The notes: generated by a model from the sequence alone, not told the origin. 64,000 bases of DNA from Octopus vulgaris (GCA_951406725.2 OX597828.1:28086001-28150000), one strand, 5' to 3'; positions 15,358 to 29,175 are shown, numbered from the stretch's first letter. Numbers and translations: made by a program.

Positions 15358-15761
15358 TATTTCTTTATTGCCCACAGGAGGCTAAACAAAGAGGGGACAA
15401 AAAAGGGATTATGTCAATTACATCGACCCCAGTGCATAACTGGTACTTATTTAATTGACCTCAAAAGGATGAAAGGCAAAGTTGACCTTGTCGGAATTTG
15501 AACTCAGAACGTAATGGCAGACGAAATACCTATTTCTTTACTACCCACAAAGGGCTAAACACAGAGAGGACAAACAAGGACAGACAAATGGGTTAAGTCG
15601 ATTATATCAACCTCAGTGTGTAACTGGTACTTAATTTATCGACCCCGAAAGGATGAAAGGCAAAATCGACCTCGGCGGAATTTGAACTCAGAACGTAATG
15701 GCAGATGAAATACCGCTAAGCCTTTTCCCCAGCGTGCTAATGATTCTGCCACCTGGCTGCC
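15358..15761 (-). mobile_element. SINE family B, partially duplicated
   Basis: Reverse complement of 117-354 plus a second partial unit. Further degenerate copies near 35190-35340, 40210-40810, 45185-45330, 46920-47075, 53385-53600 and 59560-59785. Confidence 0.8.
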
Positions 15762-16580
15762 CTAAAATATATAATTATGTAAACAACCCCTAAGATCTCC
15801 AACTCCCTACAATTACACGCCTTGTGCCAAACTTTCAAAGCCATTCTAATTAATATCATCTTCAAACAATCTGTTATTACACCTGTAAAGGTGACACCAA
15901 GGTTGATGTACTGAGAGGTACTTGATTTCATTGATTAACAACCAAGCTCAAATCATACCAGTCAGCTTCAGCATTGCATTTTATTCCACCGTTAGTCTGC
16001 AGGAAATATTTACTATTTTCAGTTCAATAGACAACAACTGCTCCAAACCATCATCTGTGCATGTATGTGTTGTGGCAAGAGTTATTGACAAGCCTGGGGG
16101 ATTGCAAGAATGGACTAGCTAAACTCTTATAAAGAATAGTTGTCGGTAGTAGGTGGAGAGAGCATTTTGGTAGTCTCATGAAGTACGTTGTGTGAATACT
16201 TTGATTAAACCTCTGCTGCCTGTCGTTGCCAGTGCCGCCTGACTGGCTTCCATGTCGGTGGCATGTAAAAAGCAACATTCAAGTGTGGTCGTTGCCAGGC
16301 CCGCCTGACTGGCTCCTCTGTTAGTAGCATGTAAAAAGCACCCACTAACTCTCAGAGTGGTTGGTGTTAGGAAGGCCATCCAACTGTAGAAACTTTGCCA
16401 GATCAGATTGGAGCCTGGTGCAGCCTTCTGGCTTGCCAGCCCTCAGTCACACCGTCCAACCCATGCCAGCATGGAAAACGGACGTTAAACAATGATGATG
16501 ATGATGATGATGATGACCAGCCTGTGACAGGATATAAAAGTATGCATACAGGTACAAGTTATATTCTGCAATAGAAATGC

Positions 16581-16613
<33 letters not shown>

Positions 16614-16616
<3 letters not shown>

Positions 16617-16852
16617 ACCCTGCTCGATTTGTAGAAAAGGTGCAAGTAGTAATTCCGTAAGGTGCACCCGCTGTAAGCTTTAGACACATAAAAGGTGCAG
16701 CAATATCAGAGGAAGGTTAACAGGGAAAATAGCTTTTGTGTGTGGTAGATGCACAGGTGCAATAAACACCAAAGATGTACAGAAAATAAACTTCATCAAC
16801 TGCCATGGAGGTAAACTAGAGGTTGTAGATAACTACTGTTACCTTGGTGATC
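16614..16852 (+). mobile_element. Internal RTE LINE fragment
   Basis: Homologous to 45680-45915 (PCSICRKG...CTRCKL...HKRCS...CGRCTG...YCYLGD). Confidence 0.8.
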
Positions 16853-17370
16853 TGGAATATGGAAACTGTACAGAAGCTTGTCATACATATATGTGTGCAT
16901 GCATCGTATATGTGTGTGTGTGCAAGTGTTGTTTTCCATATATTTCCATATTGGCACTGTTTAAACAACACTGACAAACACAAGTAAAGGTTGGCAACAG
17001 CAAGAGCATCCAGCCATTGCAGAGCAATTTCAATAAGTCCCCACCAACCCTTATTAACATTGAAATATTTAAAAACAAACATAAAGGAGATGCTTATTCC
17101 ATTCCAATTGAAATAAATACTATTTCAGTTGTGGATCAAATAACAAATGAATGTCCATTTCCTTCATTAAGGGTTTGGCATCATGTAAAGGAAGATATTA
17201 AATAGGTGCAGATGTGACTGTGTAGTTAAACAGCCACGTAGCTTCAGGTTCAGTCCCACAGCACAGCACCTTCTAGATGTGTCTTCTACCATAACCTCAG
17301 GTTGACCAATACTTTCTGAGGGAATTTAGTAGAGGATAACTGTGTGGAAGCCCATTTCATATATATGTTT

Positions 17371-18200
17371 ATATTGGGTCATCCCATAAATAATGCGTTT
17401 CTTTTATACTTCTTTTATTTTTCAAAATTAAGATAAACCAATTTCTTCTTTAATCTAAAATATATTCTCCTTCATTTTCTACAATGCTCTTTCAACTATC
17501 TGGTAGACTTGCGAAGCCCCTCTACTAAATTTCATTTGTCCTTGATGAAAAATACTCCACCAGTATTGTTCTGACCTCATCTACAGAATTCATATTTTTT
17601 CCATCCAAATGATTTTGAAGACTGCGAAATTAATGATAATCAGATGGGAGAATGTCCGGCAAATATGGTGGGTGGGGCATTTGTATGTGGCCAAGCATTA
17701 TCTTGATGGAAGAACACTTTTCGTCTTGAAACCAAAGATGGACGTTTTTCTTGTAGCACTGACTTGAATGACCAAATCCAAGCTTCTTTGTTAGTTCTTC
17801 AACAGTTATGGGATTTTGTTCCACCAGGGTTTGCAGGACGTCCTCATCGAGCTCTACCAATCTTCCAGGATGAGGCTTGTCTTCTAGACTGTAGTTTCTG
17901 GCTCGGAACTTCTAGAACCACTGTTGACACTAGCTTAAACTTATTGTCCAATCCCCATATAATGCATTAATATTCCTTGCATTTTCTCTTGCGTTGTTGC
18001 CTTTATTGAACTCATAAAGCAAAATATGATGAATACGCTCCTTTGTCATTTCCATTTTAGCTTTGAAAAAATGATTGATAAAATCAAACTGCACTCTTCA
18101 AAACTTACACTAAGAATAAGGACAAGGTAAAATTATTACCTGCTTTTATAGCAAGTTAATGCAGGTAGTTTATCCCATCCCTCTCCAACTTTTAGTTCAA
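17371..18200 (-). mobile_element. Internally deleted mariner transposon relic
   Basis: Minus strand from ATG 18055: MEMTKERIHHILLYEFNKGNNARENARNINALYG...WF*KFR..SLEDKPHPGR (Mos1-type HTH). C-terminus HPPYLPDILPSDYH (YSPDLAPSD motif) ...IVENEGEYILD* at about 17450. TA plus TIR-like ttgggtcatcccataaataatgcg at about 17373. Confidence 0.88.
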
Positions 18201-18211
18201 GAAGCCTGTCG

Positions 18212-18278
<67 letters not shown>

Positions 18279-18922
18279 GTATGTATGTATGTTTGTATGT
18301 ATGTATGTGTGTGTATATGTTTGTGTGTCGCTTGACAACTGATGCTGGTGTATTTATGTCCTGTAACTTAGTGGTTCGGCAAAAGAGACCGATAGAATAA
18401 ATACTAGGCTTACAAAGAATAAGTCCTGGGTTCAATTTGCTTGACTAAAGGCGGTGCTCCAGCATGGCCACTGTCAAATGACTGAAAGCAGTAAAAGAGT
18501 ATACATGCACACACACACATGTATATACATAAATACATATGATCATCATCATCATCATCATCATCCATTTTATGTTTGCTTTCCATGCTGGCACGTGTAG
18601 GACAGTTTAACAGGCTGCCAATCTGAAGTCTTTGGTCATGGCTGCAGTTGAGCAAAGACTTGCGATTGGCAGCATGGTTGGACGCTCTGTAATCATGATC
18701 CAAAAGCCTGTTCTTGTCATTTACAGTGAAGCATGCTGGTATATCCATCCATCCATACATACACCAAGACACACACACGTATGTGTGTGTATTTGTGTTT
18801 CTGTTTATCTCCCTCTACTGCCTGACAACCAGTGTTGGTTTGTTTATGTCCTTGTAATTTAGTGATTCAGTAAAAGAGACCCAAAGGATAATACCAAACT
18901 TAAATAAGCTCATGTTTTAAGC

Positions 18923-19162
18923 CAGTGGCTCTCAACAGGGGGCGGGGTGTCAATGTAAGATTTTGTTATTAAAATTTGTGCAATAAATTTCTTTTGCTTC
19001 TACAATACAAAGTATTTTAACAGATTTTTATACAATTTCTGATAATATTATAAAAATATAAAAGGATTTTTTTTTTAACATTGAATGGCTATGAGAATCC
19101 ACCCAACTAAAATTGGACTCAACACAGATTCCATGAGCAAAAAAAATTGTCGAGAATCACTG
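18923..19162. mobile_element. hAT (Charlie-like) MITE
   Basis: TIRs cagtggctctcaac / gtcgagaatcactg; 8-bp TSD ttttaagc / ttttaaac. Confidence 0.8.
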
Positions 19163-19435
19163 TTTTAAACACACAAAACATTATTAATGTTTAGGTGTGA
19201 TGTATTTACAAGCTGCATAAAACTAAAATAAAGGCAAACATTTTTTACAGTTTAGATACTTTAAGTAAATCACATTCTTACAAACATCATAAATTTTTAT
19301 TGAACTTAATGACTAAACTGTGGAAAATATTGTTCAATACAACTACAGCACATAATAAACTTGCCACTAAAATATAATTGATGTAGGAAATTTATCATTT
19401 TTCTGTCTCTTGTTGCAGCTACAATGACACTGTAC

Positions 19436-19530
19436 ACATCTCTTGCACATAAGCACATCTCTTGCACATATGCACATCTCTTGCACATATGCACATCTCT
19501 TGCACATATGCATATCTCTTGCACATATGC
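19436..19530. repeat. 19-bp tandem repeat x5
   Basis: acatctcttgcacatatgc repeated. Confidence 0.9.
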
Positions 19531-20279
19531 TCACACTATGTGAGCCAATGAAGGGGTTTGTGCATTGTTGATTGACCTGCTGAAAATAGTAGTTATATTT
19601 CTCTCTAATCATGCTGTCTTTACTAATAGGCTTTGGCTGACCTGCCATAAACAACAGTCTGATTTTTCTCTATTCACACTAATTCTGCTGATAGTCTTTG
19701 GTTATCCTGCTAAAAATAACAGTTAGATTTCTCTCTTATTGCACTCTGCTTACAAGCATTGAAACGTCATTATTCACCATCACTTTAACATCTACTTTTC
19801 CATGTTTGCATGATTCAGACAGAGCTTATTCTGATAGGTTTTCTATGGCTGGATGCTCTTCCTGTTGCCAACCATCACCTATTTCCAAGCGAGCATAATA
19901 TTTCTCCAAGGCCAGACATGGAGGTTCTTCTTGCAGAATATTGGAAAGCAGTGACCTGGCTTATACAACAGTGTCAATCATTTTACAATTATCATGCAAT
20001 GTCATGACAAGGAGATATACACACATATATATATAGATAGATGCACACACATACATATGCATATACATGTCTGATAGAGGCACACACATATCTATATGTG
20101 ATACACACGTGTGTGTGTGCATGTGCGTTGTATCACTCAGCATCAAGAAAGGACGTTTCCCAGGCTGATATCCTACAGTTAATGGACATATAAACAAAAC
20201 ACCTACACCATGTATGTGATATTGAAAACATTGACATTATTAAAGCTGCTTTTAATTCAAAATTTAATATACATACCTA

Positions 20280-20500
20280 TGCCATGATAGATCACTGGCC
20301 ACTACACATTCTTTATTTTCTCTCTTTATTTTCCCTCTTTATTTTCTTTCCTTGTTTCTTTCTGTGTTCCTTTCTGTGGAAGAGCGTAGGCTCAAAACGT
20401 TAAAGACTTTTCAACTTCCCAAGTGTTAAACTAATACATCTGTTTGTTGTCTACACCACCTATCTTCATCTTTTGGTTTTTTGTGAATTCTCCCTACATA
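20280..20500 (+). mobile_element. Penelope-like terminal fragment with degenerate hammerhead (20370-20405)
   Basis: cttt-CTGTGGA-a-gagc(gtag)gctc-AAAA-cg-TT-aaag: hammerhead topology with two core mismatches. Confidence 0.45.
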
Positions 20501-20510
20501 TACTCTCTCT

Positions 20511-20944
20511 CTTTACTCTTTTACTTGTTTCAGTCATTTGACTGCAGCCATGCTGGAGCACCGCCTTTTAGTCGAGCAAATCGACCGCGGGACTTATTCT
20601 TTGTAAGCCCAGTACTTATTCTATCGGTCTCTTTTGTCGAACTGCTAAGAGACGGGGGACGTAAATACACCAGCATCAGTTGTCAAGCAATGCTAGGGGG
20701 ACAAACACAGACACACAAACATATACACACAAACATATATACACACACTTATATATATATATATATATATATACATATATACGACAGGCTTCTTTCAGTT
20801 TCCGTCTACCAAATCCACTCACAAGGCATTGGTCGGTGCGGGGCTATAGCAGAAGACACTTGCCCAAGATGCCATGCAGTGGGACTGAACCCGGAACCAT
20901 GTGGTTGGTTAGCATGCTACTTACCACACAGCCACTCCTGTGCC
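20511..20944 (-). mobile_element. SINE family A
   Basis: Reverse complement of 47536-47956. Confidence 0.9.
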
Positions 20945-20998
20945 TATATATATATTTCTTATTAAAGCTGCAAAAACAATCACAAAAACATCACAGAA

Positions 20999-21040
20999 AA
21001 CTACTACTCAGAGTTTCATGTCCCCATTCATCAGGCAGTT
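20999..21040 (-). ncRNA. Minimal type I hammerhead ribozyme, inverted partner of 21062-21103
   Basis: Reverse complement reads aactgc-CTGATGA-atg(ggga)cat-GAAA-ctctgag-TA-gtagtt; core intact. Confidence 0.82.
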
Positions 21041-21061
21041 GTGGTCAGGAATCTTGATCAC

Positions 21062-21103
21062 AACTGCCTGATGAGTGGGAACATGAAACTCTGAGTAGCA
21101 GTT
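21062..21103 (+). ncRNA. Minimal type I hammerhead ribozyme (Penelope/retrozyme type)
   Basis: aactgc-CTGATGA-gtg(ggaa)cat-GAAA-ctctgag-TA-gcagtt. Stem I aactgc/gcagtt, intact core, stem II with GNRA loop, near-palindromic stem III, GUA cleavage triplet. Confidence 0.85.
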
Positions 21104-21179
21104 TTCTGTGATGTTTTTGTGATTGTTTTTGCAGCTTTAATAAGAAAGCATAATAATCTACCTCTGGTATTCGAGAACT

Positions 21180-21286
21180 ATTTTTTCTCACCTTGTTTCA
21201 CATTTATGTGCTTACCCAGGTATATATACATATAACAGGCTTCTTTTAGTTTTTTCTCACCTTGTTTCACATTTATGTGCTTACCC

Positions 21287-21323
<37 letters not shown>

Positions 21324-22763
21324 ACAGGCTTCTTTCAGTTTTTTCTCACCTTGTTTCACATTTATGTGCTTACCCAGGTATATATATATAGCAGGCTTCT
21401 TTCAGTTTTTTCTCACCTTGTTTCACATTTATGTGCTTACCCAGGTATATATATATATAGCAGGCTTCTTTCAGTTTTTCTCACCTTGTTTCACATTTAT
21501 GTGCTTACCCAGGTATATATATATAGCAGGCTTCTTTCAGTTTTTCTCACCTTGTTTCACATTTATGTGCTTACCCAGGTATATATATATAACAGGCTTC
21601 TTTCAGTTTTTCTCACCTTGTTTCACATTTATGTGCTTACCCAGGTATATATATATATAGCAGGCTTCTTTCAGTTTTTTCTCACCTTGTTTCACATTTA
21701 TGTGCTTACTCAGGTATATATATATGTAACAGGCTTCTTTCAGCTTTTTCTCACCTTGTTTCACATTTATGTGCTTACCCAGGTATATATATATATAGCA
21801 GGCTTCTTTCAGTTTTTCTCACCTTGTTTCACATTTATGTGCTTACCCAGGTATATATATATAGCAGGCTTCTTTCAGTTTTTCTCACCTTGTTTCACAT
21901 TTATGTGCTTACCCAGGTATATATATATAGCAGGCTTCTTTCAGTTTTTTCTCACCTTGTTTCACATTTATGTGCTTACCCAGGTATATATATATAGCAG
22001 GCTTCTTTCAGTTTTTTCTCACCTTGTTTCACATTTATGTGCTTACCCAGGTATATATATATATAGCAGGCTTCTTTCAGTTTTTTCTCACCTTGTTTCA
22101 CATTTATGTGCTTACTCAGGTATATATATATGTAACAGGCTTCTTTCAGTTTTTTCTCACCTTGTTTCACATTTATGTGCTTACCCAGGTATATATATAT
22201 ATAGCAGGCTTCTTTCAGTTTTTTCTCACCTTGTTTCACATTTATGTGCTTACCCAGGTATATATATATAGCAGGCTTCTTTCAGTTTTTTCTCACCTTG
22301 TTTCACATTTATGTGCTTACCCAGGTATATATATATATAGCAGGCTTCTTTCAGTTTTTTCTCACCTTGTTTCACATGTATGTGCTTACCCAGGTATATA
22401 TATATGTAACAGGCTTCTTTCAGTTTTTTCTCACCTTGTTTCACATGTATGTGCTTACCCAGGTATATATATATCTAGCAGGCTTCCTTTCAGTTTTTTC
22501 TCACCTTGTTTCACATGTATGTGCTTACCCAGGTATATATATATCTAACAGGCTTCTTTCAGTTTTTTCTCACCTTGTTTCACATTTATGTCACTTACCC
22601 AGGTATATATATATATAGCAGGCTTCTTTCAGTTTTTTCTCACCTTGTTTCACATTTAGTGCTTACCAGGTATATATATATATCACAGGCTTCTTTCAGT
22701 TTTTTCTCACCTTGTTTCACATTTATGTGCTTACCCAGGTATATATATATAACAGGCTTCTTT
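21180..22763. repeat. Minisatellite, about 23 copies of a ~68-bp unit
   Basis: Unit caggcttctttcagttttttctcaccttgtttcacatttatgtgcttacccagg(ta)n, with variable T and TA run lengths. Confidence 0.97.
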
Positions 22764-23260
22764 CTGTTTCTGTCTAACAAATCTATTCACAAACTATGGT
22801 CAGCTCAGGGCTAAAAATAGAAGACACTTGCCCAAGCTGCCATGCAGTACAACTGAACCTGGAACCACCTAGTTGGGCAGCAAGCATCTTACCGCACAGC
22901 CATGCCTTTGCCTGCAGGCATGGATCTGTTTGACAATGTAGTCTTAAATATGCAAAAATACTGGGCTGTCACATCTGGAACATCTTTGATTGTAAGTCTA
23001 CTCGATTAGGTTTGACTTGTGGCTAATCAACAGCAACACCATCAAACACACACACACACACACACACACACTCTCTCTCTCTCTTAATTCTAAATATATC
23101 ATCTTCAGTTGCAGTCTTCTGCTAATATCGTTTTCCCTCGTTTGTTAGAAATGGATTTATTTATTTATTTATTTTGTTTGGGTTTTTTTTTTCCATATCT
23201 ATTTTTCATTTATTTATTTTAGAGTCCATGGTTTAAACTTCCATTGTAGAGATGTCCAGA

Positions 23261-23295
<35 letters not shown>

Positions 23296-23398
23296 TGTGT
23301 GTGCTTTAAAGTGTTCTGTTTCATTGGCGATTCAGCAAACATGCCATTGTTGCTTGATTTGCAGTGTTTATTCTCCATCGTTACCTGTGTTTGTATCA

Positions 23399-23507
<109 letters not shown>

Positions 23508-23513
23508 TATATG

Positions 23514-23584
<71 letters not shown>

Positions 23585-23793
23585 TATGCATGTCTGTGTG
23601 TGTATACATATGTATATATAAATACTCACACACACACACACATATATATATTTTTATACATATATATATGCATGCCTGTGTGTGTATACATATGTATATA
23701 TAAATACCCACACACACACACATATATATATTTTTATATATATATATGCATGCCTGTGTGTGTGTATACATATGTATATATAAATACCCACAT

Positions 23794-23825
<32 letters not shown>

Positions 23826-25507
23826 TTATATATATATATATACATATATATATATTTCTGTGTCTTCTACTGAAAGTGTCGCTGTTATACAAGACTGTCT
23901 TGATGGCAATACAGTAAACACACAAGAAACACAATTTAACTTCATCTTCTTGCTGTTAATGTGGACATTATTATTTTGCTATTGTTTCCATTTTTCTTAT
24001 TGTCCCTTTTTTTTTTTTTTGTTCACACGATTACATTTTTCAAAATATTTGCATTTTTTATCAATCTCTTCATTGTGTTTCTGCTTCCTTTGTGAGAATT
24101 CTGTATTCATATTTCACCAGTATCATCTTTGTGTATCCTTGTTGGGGTTATTTTTTTTTTTTTTACTTGTTTCAGTCATAAGACTATGGTCATGCTAGGG
24201 CACCACCTCGAAGGGTTTAGTCGAGAAATAGCAACCTCAGTACTTATTCAAGTCTATTTTGCCAAAGCACTAAGTTACAGGGACATAAACAAACCAACAC
24301 CAGTTGTCAAGCGATGGTGGGAGGGAAAAACACAAAGACATATACGTATCACATATATATAAAAATATATGTGTATGTGTATGCATATATATTATGTGTA
24401 CACATACAGTGGGCTTCTGTGCAGTTTCTATCTACCAAATACTCTCTCGAGGCATTAGCTTGCCCAGTGCCATAGTAGAAGACACACAGCCAAGATGTTG
24501 TAAATGCAACCCAAAACCTTTTTGTTGTAAACCATCCTCTTTTAACTCTCTACCATGCATACGACTATGTTGTTAAAAAGATCTAAGAAAGTTCAGGTAG
24601 TTTTCACTTTTCTCTTTTAAATAATTTTAGTAAAAAAAATAGAAAAAGCTATCTTTTTTATGATGATGATGATCATCATCATCATCGTTTAACGTCCGTT
24701 TTCCATGCTAGCATGGGTTGGACGGTTTGACCGGGATCTGGAAAGCCAGCAGGCTGCACCAGGCTCCAGTCTGATCTGGCAGTGTTTCTACAGCTGGATG
24801 CCCTTCCTAACGCCAGGATGCCCTTCCTAACAGCATGTAATATATTGGGTTCAAACCCTCTTTGATGAAGAGAGACTGAAAGGTAGCTGTGAGATCCAAA
24901 CCATGTTTCTTCTGGATCCATAGCAGACGTGCCAACCATGTTTCTACCCACTTTGTTATATGCAGGGAAAATGATTTTCTTTGGGTGTCTACATTTCAAA
25001 ATTAAACACACTTACTTTTGTGCTTGTAATAACAAAGCATCTAAGTTAATGGTAAAAATCAAAAGATTATTTTAATGCAATTATCACAAGATGTGGTGTT
25101 TGAAACTTGTCTACCCCCCAGGTTGCTTTCAGCCTATTTGCCACCCAGTGGTTGTTGTTTTTTCACCTAATATATCATGCTGTCATATACAGTTGTATCC
25201 ATTCTGAGATTCACAGTTTAAATTAGATATTTCATATTCTCACAATGCTTTTATACTTCATAATATAAACATATTTATTTTTATAATTTCTAAAGAAATA
25301 GATGTTACTTGAAAACCATGCCCAGTCAGGTAAATACACCTGTGAGATGAGCCACAGGTAGATTCATGTTGGCAGCCTCCAGCCTCCTGCTTTGGACAGT
25401 AATCTCCAGCTTCCTACACTGTGATTTCCCAGTTAACAGGTGACAATTACGAATGAATTAACTGGTAATGTCAGTAACTACCTGCACTGGAATCTAATCA
25501 ATTCCAT

Positions 25508-25544
<37 letters not shown>

Positions 25545-25546
<2 letters not shown>

Positions 25547-25832
25547 GAGGCACAATGGCCTAGTGGTTAGGGCAGCGAACTCGCAGTCGTAGGATCACAG
25601 TTTCGATTCCCAGACCGGGCATTGTGAGTGTTTATTGAGCGAAAACACCTAAAAGCTCCACGAGGCTCCGGCAGGGGGTGGTGATCCCTACTGTACTCTT
25701 TCACCACTCTTTCTTCTGTTGGCCTGCTCGCTTAGCCAGTGGGGTGGCGTCTTTCGAAGGCTAAAACAATGCGAATGCATTGTGACCAGCGATGTGTAAC
25801 TACATCTGATGGACTGGTCGGTCACGTGATGA
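25545..25832 (+). mobile_element. SINE family C variant: same head, different 3' part
   Basis: Matches 37030-37200, then diverges to gctaaaacaatgcgaatgcattgtgaccag, which is also present at 11640-11700. Confidence 0.8.
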
Positions 25833-25879
25833 TATATATATATATATATATGGTATAATGGGTATATTGTTGCCATTTT

Positions 25880-26170
25880 ATATTTTTAAGTTCATGCATG
25901 TGCATTGTTTACTTTTAATTCTGTCAACTACAAAGTGTAGTAGGGGCAGTTGGGCACTGTCTATGAGAAAGACTCAACACCATGACACAAATCACTCTGC
26001 CAGAAATTTGGAAACGACATGCTGTACTGCCTGGCATTTGCACTGGAAGCTCCAATTCAAACATTTCAGAGTGTTTGGGTGTCAATCTAAGAACAGTGCA
26101 ATCTGAAGACAGTGATAAAAATCAAACATTCAGTCAACATCATAGAGTTTGGAGTGATCACTTGTGATAG
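25880..26170 (+). mobile_element. Tc1/mariner (maT/DD37D-like) transposase relic with internal deletion
   Basis: MTQITLPEIWKRHAVLPGICTGSSNSNISECLGVNLRTVQ (HTH-like) joined to KIKHSVNIIEFGVITCD (resembles the KHPxxVMVWGxIxxDG motif). Confidence 0.55.
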
Positions 26171-26390
26171 GTTTTTAAATGCTTATATTATTTTATTGGC
26201 TATAACTTTCTATGTGTATTCCATACAATAAGGTTATACTGAAATAGGAGTTGCGGTTCTATTGGTAAAATCACAAATTTGTAACAATATATATATATAT
26301 ATATATACATACATACACATGCACATATATATATATACACTCCTTAGCAATTGTGTATTTATGAAGAAAATATATATATATATACACACA

Positions 26391-26827
26391 GAAGCAGTCC
26401 CCAAACTTTTTTGTTCTAAGGACCAGTTTCATGATTTTGCTATGGATCAGGGGATCACATGCATAATTTATGTATTACATATACAATACATATATATACA
26501 TATGTAATGTATATATAATACACATATATACATTATATTATTTTTGTAATTTACTTAATCTTTACTTTTTATTGTTATTTTAATTTTAACTTCTCTATTA
26601 TATGTAATTTTCTAAATGGTGTAATTTAATTATTCCTTTTGAATTGATAAAAGGTGGATTTTTTTCTATTATTTTATATAATACACATATATATATAATG
26701 CAGAAACACTCTGCAGGTTACAATAAAATAGAAGTAAAATGTAAAAATTTATTCTGTCTGTGCAGCCCAACACCAAATGACCTCAAGGCTGGTGTTAGTT
26801 GATGGTCTGCTGGTTGAGGACCACTTC
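26391..26827. mobile_element. hAT MITE
   Basis: Ends gaagcagtccccaaac / gttgaggaccacttc; internal sequence related to 62454-63312. Confidence 0.6.
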
Positions 26828-26849
26828 TATACAGATAAAGTATGAACTG

Positions 26850-27145
26850 TTGATAAAAATCAAAATGACCAGAGAACTATAAACTATTTAAGAATAAAAG
26901 GAGGTAAGAGGCTAAGTGCATTAGACGTTGGACATGATACGAGAAAAGCTTTGAACACAATTACATCTGGAATACTGAAGGGGAGAAAAAAAGATGAAGG
27001 AAGCAGAGAGAAGACCACTCAATGGCTTTATCAACTGGTTTCAGAAAAAACTGGCTTAATAACTTAGTAAGTTGTGCATGAGACAGAAGTGGGTGGAGAT
27101 TCATGACTATCATTACCTGTTGGTATGGCACACGTGGAAGAAGAA
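26850..27145 (+). mobile_element. Old RTE/BovB-like LINE 3' end
   Basis: Degenerate ...SGILKGRK... and ...DRSGWRFM coding remnants ending in gaagaagaa. Confidence 0.4.
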
Positions 27146-28062
27146 CCGTTAATATTGAATGGGTCTATATATAAGTTTATATTCCGACAAAGTCTTTATA
27201 GCATTGCGTATTCTCGTGAGCAACGTACTTAACCCTTCTTGCCTAATTAAGAAATAATCATTTGTAGTAATTGTAATTGCTGTTAATGCTGTTGTCTTCT
27301 GCTTCTACTACTATTAATACAACTGATACTGCTGTTGTTGATGTTGTTGTTGGTGCTGTTGTTGACACTATTATTTATTGTGCTGGTTTGTGAATGTCAC
27401 TGATCTGACTGATTTTTTTCTCCTTCTCTTAGATTTCCCCCTTTTTACTTATTTATTCAACTGCTTATTGTTTGATCAAGCTTTACTGACTCCTCCATTA
27501 TTACTTGCTTAGCTTCTTTCTAAGGCAGATAATGTGTGTCCATGTGTCCATGTGTGTGTGTGTGTGTGTAGCCATGTGTATGTGTGTATTTGCTTTGTGA
27601 AATCTCATTATGACACACCTTACCTGTTCAGTTCTGATGCTAAACCACCCACCTCTCTCACGCTAAATATATATGTAAAAAACAAACTATAAAACAGCTG
27701 CTGCAAGTAGAGACATGTTTTCTGGGTTTCCTTTTTATCCTTTGCATTTGTTAAAAATATTATATTAGTGTGTTAACTGACTTGAAATATCTTCGTGATG
27801 ACAATACATGTGCCTATATATACATACACACAAACATATATATATATATATATGCATAATATGATTATAATATATAATGTATAAACATATGTGTGTTTGT
27901 GTGTGTGTATAATAGTCAAAAGTCCTGTGCACCTAAAGGTGAAATCCTGACTAGAAAGAGATTGACTCAACCAAAATATAATATATTATTAATCTCTGCT
28001 GAGTATTTTTTCCCAACAGTTTACACTAAACATATGTAATGAATATGCATGATATATATATG

Positions 28063-28143
<81 letters not shown>

Positions 28144-28224
28144 GCATAACGTATATATATAAGATGGGTATGATATAAGTGTATAATAGATGTGTAGTAT
28201 ATACATATGTATAAAATATTTATA

Positions 28225-28395
28225 GGCACAGAAGTGGCTACGTGGTAAGTAGCTTGCTTACCAACCACATGGTTCCAGGTTCAGTCCCACTGCATGGCAC
28301 CTTCAGCAAGTGTCTTCTACTTTAGCCTTGGGCCTACCAAAGCCTTACGAGTAGAATTGGTAGATGGAAACTGGAAGAAGCATGTCAAATGTATA

Positions 28396-28440
<45 letters not shown>

Positions 28441-28633
28441 TGTATATGTTTATGTTTCTCCTCCCACCATCGCTTGACAACCGATATTGGTGTGTCTACG
28501 TCCCTGTAACTTAGCAGTTCAGCACAAGGGAATGATAGAATAAGTACTAGGCTCACAATGAATAAGTCCTGGGGTCAACTTGTTCCACTAAAGGTGGTAC
28601 TCTAGCATAGCTGCAGTCAAATGACTAAACGAG
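28225..28633 (+). mobile_element. SINE family A
   Basis: Same head, core and tail, more diverged. Confidence 0.85.
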
Positions 28634-29175
28634 TATATATGTATTACATATGTGTGTCTGTGCATGTTTGTGTGTGTATATATATGTATATATACACACA
28701 TATAGATATGTATGTATAAAAATATATATATATGTATATGTAATGTATATATAAATATAAATATGTTCATTATTTAATTTGTTTTACATCCTTTTTCATT
28801 TGCTTGCATGGGTTAGATATATATACATCATTCAGTCAGGTATTGTTCTATAGTTGGTTGCTCCCCTTTTCACTAATCCTTACCTGTTTCTTGAGTAGCA
28901 TATCTCTCATTTCGCATATCTTCGAAGGTGTAAAGCCTGGGAATTATATTCCCATAGGAAAAATTAAAACCTGTGCCACTACTTGTAACATCCGATTCAG
29001 AGAATATGTAAACAAGCACACACACACATATGGAGACAGTGAGACATACATACATACATACATACATACACACATACACACATACACACATACATACATA
29101 GATACATATGCACAAACATATATACATATACATATATTATGTATGTATATATATATATATATGAATATATATGTG

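Larger units (their letters stand above)
20955..21220. mobile_element. Fold-back Penelope-like terminal repeat with ~93-bp inverted arms
   Basis: 20955-21047 is the near-perfect reverse complement of 21056-21147; each arm carries a hammerhead; flanked by (TA)n. Confidence 0.75.

Noticed and set aside
21351-22271. 306-aa ORF
   Set aside because: Stop-free reading of the 68-bp minisatellite; unit length varies and is not a multiple of three.
21180-22763. CRISPR-like array
   Set aside because: Units are contiguous with no unique spacers, the context is eukaryotic and there are no cas genes.
28870-28945. Hammerhead-like cct-TCGAAGA...GAAA-cagg-TA-agg on the minus strand
   Set aside because: Core mismatched, stem I only 3 bp and stem II unconvincing.
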